64,000 bases of DNA from Schizochytrium sp. TIO01 (lineage: Eukaryota > Protista > Bigyra: Labyrinthulomycetes), in contig SMSO01000032.1 in assembly GCA_004764695.1 (NCBI GenBank), forward strand, positions 7,224,483-7,288,482, written 5' to 3'. Both the position numbers and the translations under genes were made by a program. Shown here piece after piece: positions 1 to 12,400 of the stretch. Below the pieces are notes generated by a model. The model was not told the DNA's origin. It made no database searches and saw only the letters and a program-made list of their open reading frames with translations. Positions within the stretch are counted from its first letter, which is position 1, and every line of letters starts with the position of its first letter.

Positions 1-989
1 CTTTCTTGTTTGTGCGTTGAGAGGCAGAAGATGGATCGATTTGATGATGGCGATGGCGATAAATGCACAGCAAAGCGAGACGAAGGCCGAAGTACCACAA
101 GAAGGCGCAGAAGATGTAGTTTGACTTGCTTTCATGAAATACTTTGACTTCTTTTCTTTCAGAATTTCATCTTTATGCACCAATTGAATGAATGACAATT
201 CTAAAAGAAAAGCAATTTTTAATAAGCAATTAATAAAGCAAATAAAAGACTCAGTCTCACTAGAACTAAAACTTTAAAGCAGACAGAAGAACATCATAGC
301 TTTTTTTCTTTTTTTTTTTTTTTTTTTCTTTTCTTTTCTTTTCTGATGGCTTTTCCTTCTGCCTTCGCCTTCAAGATGTGAAATGTGGTCTTTGCCGCTA
401 CAACTGCAGCGCTTCAGGCAAGCAATAAACCCCTTTTCTCAACGTTGGAGGTGCTCCAAACTAAGACGAGAACAACATCGACTCAAATGAAACTACACCA
501 AAGCAAAATATCACAAAGTTTTATTAAAGGCCCTGAAAAAGAAGGCATTTCGCAAGCACTCCTACCCCATGCACTAAGCATCTCTTACCCATCTCTCCCT
601 GCTTCTCATCACAATGGTCCCCACTAGACTGCTCTGTTTGATCCCCAATCCATTGACTAAGCTAAACCATAGGATGGTTCCGGCTAGGAGGGGGAATGAT
701 TCTGCGGCTGCGGATGCTCAGTGGTGACAAACGTCTCTGTTTGTCACGCGGCGCTGCGCTGCTTCAATTCACTAATTAATTAGCGATGAGCGTTTTCTGG
801 AGAAGAGCTTCGTGCTTAACAGAGCAAAAACCCTGATGGATAGAGACTGTGCGTGTATGTTTATAAGTTTATATATATATATGTTTGTGTGTGTTGTGCG
901 TCTCCAGATCGTATTTGCTTCATGCCCTCTGCGGAAGAGCAGGTTCGCAGGAAAGAAAAGGTGGAGGAGCGGCGCGAAGTGACCTCTGT

Positions 990-1150
990 GCTTTTCTTTT
1001 CTTTCCTTTTCTTTTCTTTTCTTTTCTTTTCTTTTCTTTTCTTTCCTTTTCTTTTCCTTTCGCACCTCTTTTCTTTTCTTCTCTTTTCATCCAATTTGGT
1101 GCACTATGTACGTGTTTATGTATGTATGTATGTATATATGTATGTATGTA
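990..1150. repeat. (CTTTT)n followed by (TATG)n microsatellites
   Basis: Directly visible. Confidence 0.9.
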
Positions 1151-2069
1151 TACTCACTGATACACGGATGGATAGATATGCAGGCACGAGACCCGCAGAA
1201 ACAACGTAAAGTGAGGCGCCTTTCCACAGTTTTCATCTGATCGAGAGATAGAGAGAAATGGCGTCGGCACATAAAGACTCTTTCACTTTTGCTTTCTCCT
1301 GTTTGGAAAGTGGAGTAGTCAATGTGTTATAAAAAGCAAGAGACTCGCCACTTGAAATCAGACCTGTAAATCCAAATGTAAACCAGGCAAAGTGAACTAT
1401 TTAGATAGATAGGAGGTGCCTATTTACCCTTAGGCGGCGGAGGTGACTTCGAGAAGAAAGACATTAGACCTCGAGGGACTTACTTGGTTTATTTTATTAT
1501 AAAGAAAGGTCAAGTCGCACTTCGTTCTCTCCGCACGAAGCCAGAAAACGTCCTTGCGACGCGAGAGTTTTCTCTTCTATGCACCCATTGTCGCTCCACA
1601 CTCCTCAACCCTCAAGCTCATTCATTGCAAACTCGCATCTGATTCTGATTTCCTCAGAACTAACTCATTCTTGTCATCTCGAAATCGACTCGAAGATCAC
1701 TTTTTTCAATTTTCCCCCCCAAAAATCAATCAAACGAAAACATTGTATTTCAATTTATTTCAATTATATTAGAAAGTAAATAAATAATAAATAAATAAAT
1801 AAATACTACTTTTATTTAGGCCTCAGTAATTAAAAAAAATTACATCTGTACTATATGGACTCATTCATCCCGTCTTCACTGCCGCGGACTGTGCGGCGAT
1901 GAAGTCAATGGCACAAAATTCTGTTATGATCCGCACCACACAAAGTAAAGCAATTGCACAAGTATTTCGAATAAGCAGCGTATTACAAGAAGCGGCGACC
2001 CGCTGCGGGCACAGCGGCAGAAGTTGCGCCGCGAAACTCCGCCGTCCGAAGGTCTTCAGAGTCGGCGCT

Positions 2070-2145
2070 GTCATTGACGATGTCATTGACGATGCCATTG
2101 ACGATGCCATTGACGATAATCATTGACGATAATCATTGACGATGC
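2070..2145. repeat. 12-13-bp tandem repeat with core CATTGACGAT, 6 copies
   Basis: gtCATTGACGAT x2, gcCATTGACGAT x2, aatCATTGACGAT x2. Confidence 0.9.
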
Positions 2146-5100
2146 CGCATTGGGAGTGCTGGCGACGAAGGCATGAAGCAGACGCTCTGGATGACCGGGA
2201 GGTTGGCTGCCTGCGTCCACGCTTAGCTCCGCTTGGGCCAGCTTGGGCCAGAATGCGCAAATTTCGAGGCACATTTGTCCTATAATTCGCTTGCTAAATT
2301 TGCGATTGCAGTCAATGCGCTTCGCGCTTTGCATTCATTTGAGGTTTCTCGACATCGAAAAAGAGCAGCGCATTATGGGATTTGCAGCAGAGGATAAATC
2401 ATTCGGGACCGAAGCCGCCGACCAAAAGGCAGCAGCTTCGAAGCAAGAGCGAACTGGTTGCGGCGTCATTCTGAGGACTTTCTTTCGAGGTCGTGGTGAT
2501 GGTTTGCGTGCCTTGGCAGAGGGTATTTTGCTCTGAGCAATGGCTCCTTCTACGTTCGATTGATCGAAGCAGCGGATGATCATTGAGCGAAACTAAGCTC
2601 CTCAAGCGAACCTCAGCTTACCCCTTTTGCAAACAGTCTTTTTCATTCTACAGAGTTTGGCTGAGTTAAGTTATTTTGTTAATGTTTATTTTTTAGATTA
2701 AAATATTTAACATTAATTAAAGTGATAAAATGATCGAAGTGAAAATGATGATAATTACAAAATCGGGCCGTGAAACGTACACGTAAACAGCAACGAGATA
2801 GTAGTTTTTGCTTTATCCTTTGCAGAGTTTGGAGGTGTTACCTCGCGGGCGCTGCTTCTATGATCCCCAAGACACGATCTTCAAAACACATGAGGACCTT
2901 CTTACTCCTGCCTGTTGCAAACTAAGATAAATGAAAACAAAAGAAAAGCAAGGCAAAGAAAAGGAAAGAAAAGAAAAGAAACCATAGGGTCAGAGTACAA
3001 GTCACTAAGAGTGGCGAAAAATGTGTTGAGTGATGAGAAGACATCGATCGCTTTATAGTCACTGCGATTGGCGATGGGTCATTCTTTGCGGCGATTCACC
3101 GCCGTGCAACTTCTTCTTCTTCTTCTTCTTCACGATCAACATCAGCTTGAAGACCTCTGCTGAGGAATTGGCCGACTGGCTCAGTCAGGCCCGCGATCCT
3201 TCCCTTTTCCTCTCCTGGCCCTCATTGTTTTGGGGCCTCCGCTCTCGTAAAAGCTCGAGCTGTGTTTTGGGGATCCGCCATGAGCGGCTCGCCTGAAGAA
3301 GCCATCGATGGACCAAGCAAGCAAGGCCTTGCGTGGCTGAGGCGACGGGCAGGGCGTCCATCCCGTCGGCTTGGCGAGGTCAGCATGAGCTGAAGAAGCA
3401 GCAGCAGAAGAGGAGGAGATCTTGGCAGGATGAAATCGACCTGTTCCCGGAAGTGGCACCTCGAGTTAACAACTCGCACTGACTTTGCACTGCAATGCAT
3501 ATTTCGCAAGGAATGGAATGTTTTGCACTGCACAAGGATCCAGAACCTGCGAGCCTTCGACAACGAGGACGACGACGACGACACCGACGGAGCCTGAGAT
3601 AACGCCTTCACCCGCAGCCCGATCGCGATGGACCGCGGCGGCGTCTTGACCTGCTTGGTCGCCGCTCAGGAGCCCGCTCCCCGCTGTCTTCGAGAGCGCC
3701 GTCGATCAATTCAATCAACCAATCAGGACGCGGCCATTTCCGCCGCAGCGCCCTCCAAAGAAGAAGAGGCTCCGGCTGACAACATCTCCTGAGCCCCAAA
3801 TGAAAGGAATTACAGCGCAGCCTGAACTGAGAATGCATGAACCGCAAGCTCGCCTTGGCCAGCGAGCGACCTCCCTGGATCTCGCGGTTGGAGCCCAGCA
3901 GAGCAGAGCAGAGCAGGCAGGCTCCGTCGTAAAAACCTACTGCTGCGGCACAGCGATGGCCGGCTCATCGCAGCGATGCGATGCAATGCCAGGCATGCAA
4001 TGCAATGCAAGTCTCTGGTTCTCAAGCTAGAGAGTGAATCAATCGCAAACGCAACGATCGATGGACCTTAGACTTACTTACTTACTCGCTCGCCGCCCTT
4101 GGTAGCAAGAAGGCAGACTTACAGAGGTGCAGGGGTCGCTTCTGGAAGCGCAATCGCTGCGGCGCACAGCCTTTCTGGTAGGCGGAGGGCGTGCGAGCAC
4201 GGCGTCTCTTGCAGCCCTGAATAGAGAACGGGCCGTGAAGGGTTAGAGGTGAATGGCCTCATCTGCCACCACCACGAACACTGCGCTACGAAGGAGCACT
4301 AGCTACTGCTTAGCAACCTACCTTGTGGGGCTAGCTAGCTAGCTAGCGGCGAAGCAAGCCTCGTCTGCTCTGGAACTGACTGCGAATAGCTAGCTGGCTG
4401 GGTGTCTAGCTGGAGCAATGACGACAAAGCTAGCGAGCTCTGTAGTTTCTTATTGCAAATGAAGTTACTCACCCTCGTCGCTCCCTGCCGGAAGCCTCGC
4501 GCTTGGAACAGGAGAATCAAGGCTTGAGGATTAAAGTGAAACTTGGCTTTTTATTGTAGTAAGTGTGTAGATACGGACTAGGTAGGTAAGGTACCTACTA
4601 GGTAAAAGAAAAGAAAAATCAGTGCGTATATATATATATATATCATATATAAATAATATGTGTATATTATGTATATAATATGTATATATACTGGAAGACT
4701 TCACAGCATCGTGGCTCAAAGGTAAGGTGAACTAGATGAGACTTTTAAATACCATAATAGAATGTATCTGTGGTGACTTCAGGCCGTCCGAATAATAGTA
4801 GTATTATCCAGTTAAAGTCAGGGCAACGCGTTGTATTACATGTGACCTCTTGTGATGCTGCACCTGTTTTTTCTTTTTCTTTTTTCAAAGAAAGAAGAGG
4901 TTCTGAAGCAAAACACCATTGTGTTTCAAGATGCTAGTGACTCCTGTGGTGACTTCCGAAAATATTTTGTACATTAAAAGTCATTCTTTGGAATAAAACA
5001 AAATACTTACGATGAAAGATCATATGCAAAAAGAAAACGTGATGAAAACTGCTTCGAGTCAATAATTAGTTTCACCTGTGCTGTGGTTCATGAGCTAATG

Positions 5101-6614
5101 CCCCCTAATCTCCAAGGCGAAAAAGGGTATAATAGAAAACGCGCGTCTTAAGAATATTGAAGCATTTCAGAAACCTATATTTCGTACTGCAGTATGAAAT
5201 AGAAAGTATTGATTCTCACCTTTTTCTTTTCTTTTTTAAAGGTTATGTAAAGTTCCCTTTTTCGTATCCTTGAATATGGATATAGGTAGGTGCTTGCTCT
5301 AAAGTCAGGATGCTTTAAAGGTGCACAGACTAACTGTGAAACTCGTCCGCAGAAAGGATGTTATTATTTAAAAATTATTAGACCACTGAGAGTAAAGATC
5401 AAACAGCAATTACCATGAACAGCATCGTTTGATGCACTAGGCAGAGAATACTCTTGGTTAACTTCTAGTTTCTTGATATACTCGAGTCTTTCAAATATTT
5501 GAAGCTTTAGCTTGTTATAAAAACGTATGCTTAGATGCATAGGGGTCCATGAAGTTACTCCAGAAGACGCTTTCGAAATTGGAATTTGTATCATGCTACA
5601 CCCTAAAGGTACAAACCTGTCCAGAATTTTCATGGGCTGAACATCCTTTCATGCATTCGTACGGCGTCAGAAATCATAAAATGCATTGTTGTCCTCAACT
5701 GCTCGCCAGAATGGTATCAAACCCCGCAGTGCGTCAAGGAGAATCCAAAATCTTACTATACTGGAAAGACCAACTGTAATCGAACGTCTATCCTAACAAC
5801 AATTGCAAGCTTATACGCATATAATCGTGACTTGTATACACTTTCTTTTAACTCGTTACTGCCAAATCTCACAGAGGGTCTTGCAACTTGAGTGCAACAT
5901 TTCTAAGTCCACCTTGTATTCAACTAACTTTCAGAACTCAAGATGCACTACACTCATACTACTTAGGTACCTTTGTAGTTCCTGTCTTTAACGATATTTC
6001 GCCCTCTACTTTTCCCAACTTATCTTACTATCTTACACTAGCCCCCATTTCACGTATTATAATGAGTTACAAAAGCGCCCCTGGGGGTCTCTGTAGAAGT
6101 ATCGCACCAGCGCAAGTTTAGCCGTATTTTAGCTTTCTATTTCTCCGAGGTCCTATTACGTAGGCTTGAAAACCAAGTATGGAAATCTCCGAATACTCTG
6201 TAATAGTATGGCACAGTATCGCTTATAACCTACAGTAGCTTGCAATACTCTATAGTATAGATTATGGAAATAATAGACAACGATATTAGGGAGAAGAAGG
6301 AGAGTCCCTTAGCAATAGGTCTCATGGTCTCTGTCTTTCTTTCTCCCACTTGACGAGGATCGATCAATCTGCCATCGACGTCGCGACGCAGGCCGTCGCA
6401 GCGAGCCTCGAGGCGACGAGGCAGTAGTAGCTTATTCATTGGGCCTGTAGTGCCCGCCTTCCTTGTCTTGCAAAGGCGAGGAGGAGGAGGAATAGGAGAA
6501 GGTCTCGAGGTCTGGCACGTCGAGGTACGATCTCGCTGCCAGCACTTTTCCGATTCTAACTCATCTGACGTCGTCTCCGACGAGAAATCAACCTAGATTC
6601 CATCTGGCTTAAGA

Positions 6615-6915
6615 GTAAGTTTGAAATGCAGAGATGACAGAGATTCTGAAGCAGAATTGAGAAGTTCTATGAAAAACATCCGGCGTTGTTTACTTGTGAA
6701 CTTCAAGCTTGACCTGAGGAGCTTAGGGATATTTATTCGGATGGGACGAAGGCTTGCTTGCATGCATGTGGTTATGTCTTTATGCGTCGGGTCGGCTTGA
6801 AAATATCTGCTGCTCTGGGGAAGTGTATGTGAACCATATACTAGTTTCGTGGAATGACTAACAAGTTCTCGACCGATAAACCTACTTGGCGAGTTTGGCG
6901 AATTTTTCATTCCAG
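6615..6915 (+). other. Probable 5'-UTR spliceosomal intron of the TTL-like gene
   Basis: Donor GTAAGT at 6615, branch-point-like TGACTAAC at 6855-6862, pyrimidine tract and acceptor TTTTTCATTCCAG ending 6915, shortly before the ATG. Confidence 0.55.
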
Positions 6916-6942
6916 GTAGAGTAACACTTGAAGATTGGCACC

Positions 6943-8772
6943 ATGGCTTCAACAGACTTGCCGCTCAAAAAGGAGAAAAAGTCCTCCAAGTCAGGCAAGA
7001 CTAAACGTTCGAAGTCGGGCAGCACTAGCAAGAAGAAGGGCGACTCAAAGAAGGGCAAGCGCGGCCCGGCATGGAAGCTCCAGCTAGAGACGTATGTCAT
7101 GCATGTCAAGGTTCAAGCTTTGGAGTTGTATGGACGTATGGAAAAGAATCCTGAATTTCGGCAGCGGGTTCTCACTTATGCCATGATTTCGGTGTCTGTC
7201 TTGGTACTCTTGGCCTTTTTCATGAGGTCTGGTGATAGCAGCGGTACAGCTCTCTCAACAGGCGGGGCTGTGATGAGCATGGGAAAAGGTAAATCTTTGA
7301 AGGGTTCATCGAGTTCTGTCATTAGTAGTAAGCCTCCTGGAGTCCTTGGTCTTACGAAGCGCCAGCGTGAAGATGCAGAGCTTAATTTCGATGTCAGTGG
7401 AAGCGATCTCGTGAGCGTTAAGCGCAGATACGGAACCCGGGCTGAACACGAGGAAGCTCAGAAGACCGGACACAGGAAGCTCTCGTCCAAGATTGAAGCT
7501 TGCTATAAGACCATGCCTGTGCAAGTCAGTCGTGACTCTGCTACAGTTGGTGTCTACAAGCCGCGTAAGGTCTTCGACTTAGCGGTCTTGCAGTCTGCGC
7601 AGAAGAACCTTGGATTTGTTGACGAACCAGATATGAAGAAGGCAACACTCATTCTCAAGGGATCTCCTCGTGTTGTCTTCCGTCAGCTGAAGGAGGGCAA
7701 ACAGTACTACGATATGGTGGCTTCCCTTGGACGTATTGGATCCAAGAAGAAGACTCAGTTGGCAACTTTGCGTAATCATGTCCGCAAGTTTAAGTGCTCC
7801 TTTGAGTCCCTGCATATCCAGCCGCGCTCTTACGATATGAACAGGCCCACAGATTGCAAGGCGTTCTTCAAAAACCCCGACAAGGGTCGCATGTGGGTTC
7901 TCAAGAGTTGTAAATCTGGTGAAGGATCTAAGGGTATGGGTATTAGTGTCATTGATGATCTTGGCCCTTCCCGCCAAGAGTTTGGCGCGTGTGAAGCCAA
8001 TGCGATGAACTATGTCGCACAAGCTTACATTGAACATCCTCTTCTGTTGGACAACCGCAAGTTCGATATGCGTATGTATCTCTTCGTAGCCAGTACTAAA
8101 CCTTACATCGTCTTCGCCAACCCTGGTTACATTCGCCGTAGTCTTGCTGTCTACAAACCGACTTCAACAGAAAAGAATGACGTTCTTACTAATTACCATG
8201 TGCAAATGGAGCGTAGCGACTTTAAGCCGGGTGATGCCATGTGGGATTTCCCTCAGTTCATTGAGTACCTCAGAACAAACGACCAGTGCAAGGCCTGCGG
8301 TGACATTGAGATTCAGTTGTTTAAGATTGGTCGCCTGGTTTTTGACTCAGGTCGTAGCTACTACAAGCGCTGGAGTGGATCTTTTCAATTGGTTGGTCTT
8401 GATTTCATGATGGATGCTTATCTCAACGTCATGTTTATCGAAGGTAACGTCAGTCCTGGTATTGGTAACCACGGCCTTGCCTGGAAGCGCAAGAAGATGC
8501 TTGACCTTGTCACGCTCATGTATGAGCAAACCATGATGATTCATGAACGTCCGAGCGAGTTTAATCTGCGCATTGGTGACCGTGTTTATGGTCCGAATGA
8601 TAACTACTTTGAGCTCATTATTAACGAGCACTACGAGAAGTGTAACGCAGACGCTAAGTTTAACCCTTGTGAAGAGCTCAAGCCAGAAGGCGTCCCTGAT
8701 GAACCTGAGGATGAGGTGGTTGACGATGGCTCTGATGCCGCGGCTGCTGCTGATGATGAAGAAGAGGATTAA
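6943..8772 (+). CDS. Tubulin-tyrosine ligase (TTL/TTLL)-family ATP-grasp protein with N-terminal signal-anchor (type II membrane topology), 609 aa
   Basis: TTL motifs WVLK..GEGSKGMGI, YVAQAYIEHPLLLDNRKFDMRMY, LTNYHVQ and FQLVGLDFMMD..IEGNVSPG. Lys-rich N-terminus, then hydrophobic VLTYAMISVSVLVLLAFFM (7168-7224). First ATG is at 6943 in accATGG context; the ORF track starts at TTG 6928. Confidence 0.88.
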   Translation: MASTDLPLKKEKKSSKSGKTKRSKSGSTSKKKGDSKKGKRGPAWKLQLETYVMHVKVQALELYGRMEKNPEFRQRVLTYAMISVSVLVLLAFFMRSGDSSGTALSTGGAVMSMGKGKSLKGSSSSVISSKPPGVLGLTKRQREDAELNFDVSGSDLVSVKRRYGTRAEHEEAQKTGHRKLSSKIEACYKTMPVQVSRDSATVGVYKPRKVFDLAVLQSAQKNLGFVDEPDMKKATLILKGSPRVVFRQLKEGKQYYDMVASLGRIGSKKKTQLATLRNHVRKFKCSFESLHIQPRSYDMNRPTDCKAFFKNPDKGRMWVLKSCKSGEGSKGMGISVIDDLGPSRQEFGACEANAMNYVAQAYIEHPLLLDNRKFDMRMYLFVASTKPYIVFANPGYIRRSLAVYKPTSTEKNDVLTNYHVQMERSDFKPGDAMWDFPQFIEYLRTNDQCKACGDIEIQLFKIGRLVFDSGRSYYKRWSGSFQLVGLDFMMDAYLNVMFIEGNVSPGIGNHGLAWKRKKMLDLVTLMYEQTMMIHERPSEFNLRIGDRVYGPNDNYFELIINEHYEKCNADAKFNPCEELKPEGVPDEPEDEVVDDGSDAAAAADDEEED

Positions 8773-9401
8773 GTTCATGAGAACTCTATAGGTCCAATAC
8801 ATGGACCAGACTACCTTTTAAAAAGACCTCTACTACCTCATGCTCTTCTACTTTAAAACTTTATTCGTCGATGTTGTCCTGTTTCATTTAGACAGAACCA
8901 CTGAGACGTGCACATGAAATACAAAAAGGATGAATGGATCACTTTATCAGTCATCCTTGCGCGCGGACTTCGTATATAACAAATTTGATGGTTTCTCAAT
9001 ACCCTTAGTTTTACTTCTCGTTTCCACGCCCACCCAGCACCTTTTTAAAATCCATTTATAATGATGATCATTTCAATAATACTCCTTGCAAACACCACAT
9101 AGTTTCTCTTCGTTGCTCTGTATATGGATGGTTTGATGGCTATGTCTTGATGTAGATACAACAATATCAGCGTTGCTTTCATGCTAACAAGGCGCCATAA
9201 TTGTTTTACTAATTTAACAATTTGGCAGGAAAAGAAAGGACGAAAGGGAAAAAAAAAAAGACGAAAACATGGAATGTAAACAAAAGATAAAGTCCTACTA
9301 ATACATTGATTCTTGGGAGAGAAAAATGGAAACTTGGTCAGATCATAACCGGTTCTTGAGAATAAACGGCAAAAAACAGGATGTAAGGAAGAACAGTTAG
9401 T

Positions 9402-12400
9402 TCATCGAGACGACCTTAGCGTAGCTAATTCATCATTAACAAATTTGTTATAGTGATCATCAGAAATGATTCCTTTGTCCAATAAGCTCTTGACATCCTT
9501 CAGCCGATCCTCTAGGCTAGATTTACTTGGCCTCCGACGGCTAGAACTTGATGAACTACCCATATAAGCACTATTCAGCCGATGCAAACCAGACGACTCA
9601 CCTCGTGTGGCAAACATATCTTCAGGAGTCCCCCCTGAGCGATGGCGTGTACGTGCATTAGAGCCAGAAGCAGCGTTGATGGCTGCTCCAAGAATGCTGT
9701 CAAAAAAGCCCATTTTAGGATCCTTTGGGCCAGATTCGCCCGTGCCTGAAGCTGTGTTGTGGCGTCTCATTTGTGAAGATCCAGATCCTCCGCTTTGAAT
9801 TCGTGCAGAGCTCGGGGCATGGTCGAGACGAACGCGGCGCTTTGCAAGGTATCTTGGCTTGAAGCTTCCATCGTCAACTGGACGAGCTCGAAAAGAAGCA
9901 GCAGCCTCATCTTCATCTGTACAATTTTCGACCACTCCACCTGGAGGTTCGCTCGAGCGGCGGTGATGTCCACCATTTTCGGAAGCTGAACGATGGATGT
10001 TGGAGGAGCTTGAAATGTCGCCATCATCTTTCATTCCTCGAGTAGAGTTCTCTCGGCGACGAGACTGTTGGAAATGCTGTGATCCATCACGATAAAAATC
10101 CCTTGTGGAATCGATTTTATCAGGACCATCCAGCGCTGTACCTTTAGGAATGAGATTTAACTTTGTTGCCCGGTTGTCTTCCTCATCATCAGACCCCAAG
10201 TGGTTCTGCTGAGCAATAACATCTGAGTCTACCTCAAAGCGACCGTTCACACCCTTCTGCGGAGACAGGTCATCGGAACGCAATTGAAAAGAGATCGGTT
10301 CTGCGCCAGTTAAAGAAAATCGTGACCCAGTGCTAGTTGCATTTTCTGAATCAGAGCGACGGTGGCTACGCATACGGCGACGGACCGAGCGTGGTGCAGG
10401 TGTATCACCTGACCAGGAGCGTTGGACCCCGCCCATTAGAGAGGCAGAGGATAATACCGGAGGTATATTGCCAGCGCTGACGCTGTTTTGCAAACCACGC
10501 ACACTCTGCTGTGTAGTTTTCAACGTGTTATATGAAACAATACCCAGGCATACGAGCAATGGACCAAGAATCACGCCATGTGCACCGAAAGCAGTAACAC
10601 CAAAAAACATTGACATACCCGTCATGAACTCATTTTTCGACTGATCAGTGTGAGGGCGTGCTGCAAAAGGTTGTTGAATTTTTTTCTGAAATGTACCTAG
10701 AGCCCAGCTGTCAAGCTGGTAGCTCAAAATATATTGCAGAGTAAATAGGATCAGCGAGGACTGCCACCGACCGTGGAAAGCAAAGACAAGACACCAGGGC
10801 AGGCATGCCCAGTAAGCATAGACCACAGGAAAAAGGGTTAGCATGATTGTCAACAAAGCTGCGAGGTAAGGAAGCTGGACACCCATAACTTTATAGAGCA
10901 CAAATGTGGCTGAAGCACGATACAAACTCATTTTGAGAGTCAGCATTAAAACAGCTTCCATGGTCGCCCGCAGCTGTTGCTCAAGACGAATGATGTCCGG
11001 TATGCGGCCCTGATGCACCGCCCCTGCTTGTGCGGCAGCACCGAGCGGACCAGCTGCACAAGTTGAAGGACCTAGACCACCAGTTATACCGCTATTCGCG
11101 CTTTCGCTTTGGGCATCGAGATCATCAAAAGCCTCGGACTCGCCCCCGCAAGTTTCCGATGATGATGAGTGTAAGAGGACCGGAGGCGTCTGAGGCGCTG
11201 GTGTTGTTGAGCTGTGAGAAGTTTGACGAGGGGACCAATGCGTGGCGCCATGAGTCGGTGTAGAACTGTGCACAGGCTCTGTGGTCGGGCCATTCATATT
11301 GTATGAATCAAGTGCTACTTGATTGTTATCAGAGCTGAAGATACCAGTCAGTATCTCGTGCATGAGGTTGTCTTCGCTGCTGAGCAAAATAAATGTAATT
11401 GTAATAAAAAACATGACCCGAATTCCGAAATCAATGACCAAGAAAAGAATTGACATTGTGAAGATAGTCGATGTCCAAAAGCCGTCCCGTGCCTGCATGA
11501 CAACACCTTGAACCTTATCAGTAATACCCCGAAGGTCTGTGGACTTTGTATGTTCTACCACGACTTGGAGTATTTCAGGCAAGGACTTGTTCTGCATCCA
11601 GGTAGGAAGAGTATACCAACTCTGATCATCGGAATCCTGAATTTCTGATGCGCTTGATGATGTTGATGAATTTTTCTTTTTCTTCTTTTTCAGCTGTGCA
11701 CCAGTGGAGTCTCTGTCTGCAGAGCTGCTTAAAAGAGCATCTATTTCTGGATCAGGCATGTCTGACAAGGTTGACATCCCATGCGAGCCATCAAAAGAAC
11801 ATGCAGAGTTGCTAGAATGACCTGCCATAATGGCTGCTCCGGTAGCCATAGCCATGGCAGAGGTTGCATCGCAGGTGTCAGCGACGGATAATCGAGACTG
11901 CTCCATGTAACGAACGATCCAACGAAATGCGGGCTCCCAAGTGGTATTTGTCACATACTGTTCTTCGAAATCGCCAAGCCAGGAGTCAAGTGCATGCTCG
12001 CCGTGGCCAGTGATTTCTCGCCAGGTCTCTTGGGCCCATGTTGAATTCATAAGGGTCTCCTCAGCCCACGTATGGATCATTTGCATGAGCATCTTCATAT
12101 CATGAAATGCAAAAACTGCAAAAAGTGTCGTACAGATCACGCCAAGAACCATGAGCAAAATAATGAGTAAAAAGGCCACAAATGTTGAATCATCGAGCAT
12201 AAAGCGATGCAGCTTAGTAAGGTAGAAGATCCGGCGATCAAGGGTGTAGACAAGGATAACAGCCGACCCGACCGCTGAAATGGCCAACAAGCAGAGAAGA
12301 GGCTCAATGAGCATGAAACTCGTGAAGACGCCAAGCGCCGGGGCTACTACCCACGATTTGCTTGCCAGTTTATCAGCAAGGCGGATAAAGAAACCTTCGA

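Noticed and set aside
724-747. Hairpin GTGACAAAC-6nt-GTTTGTCAC (similar 8-bp stems near 52097 and 61044)
   Set aside because: Short isolated stems are expected by chance in 64 kb; no RNA-gene or MITE context.
772-1272. KRKEK / FFSFL repeat ORFs
   Set aside because: Translations of (CTTTT)n and (TATG)n tracts.
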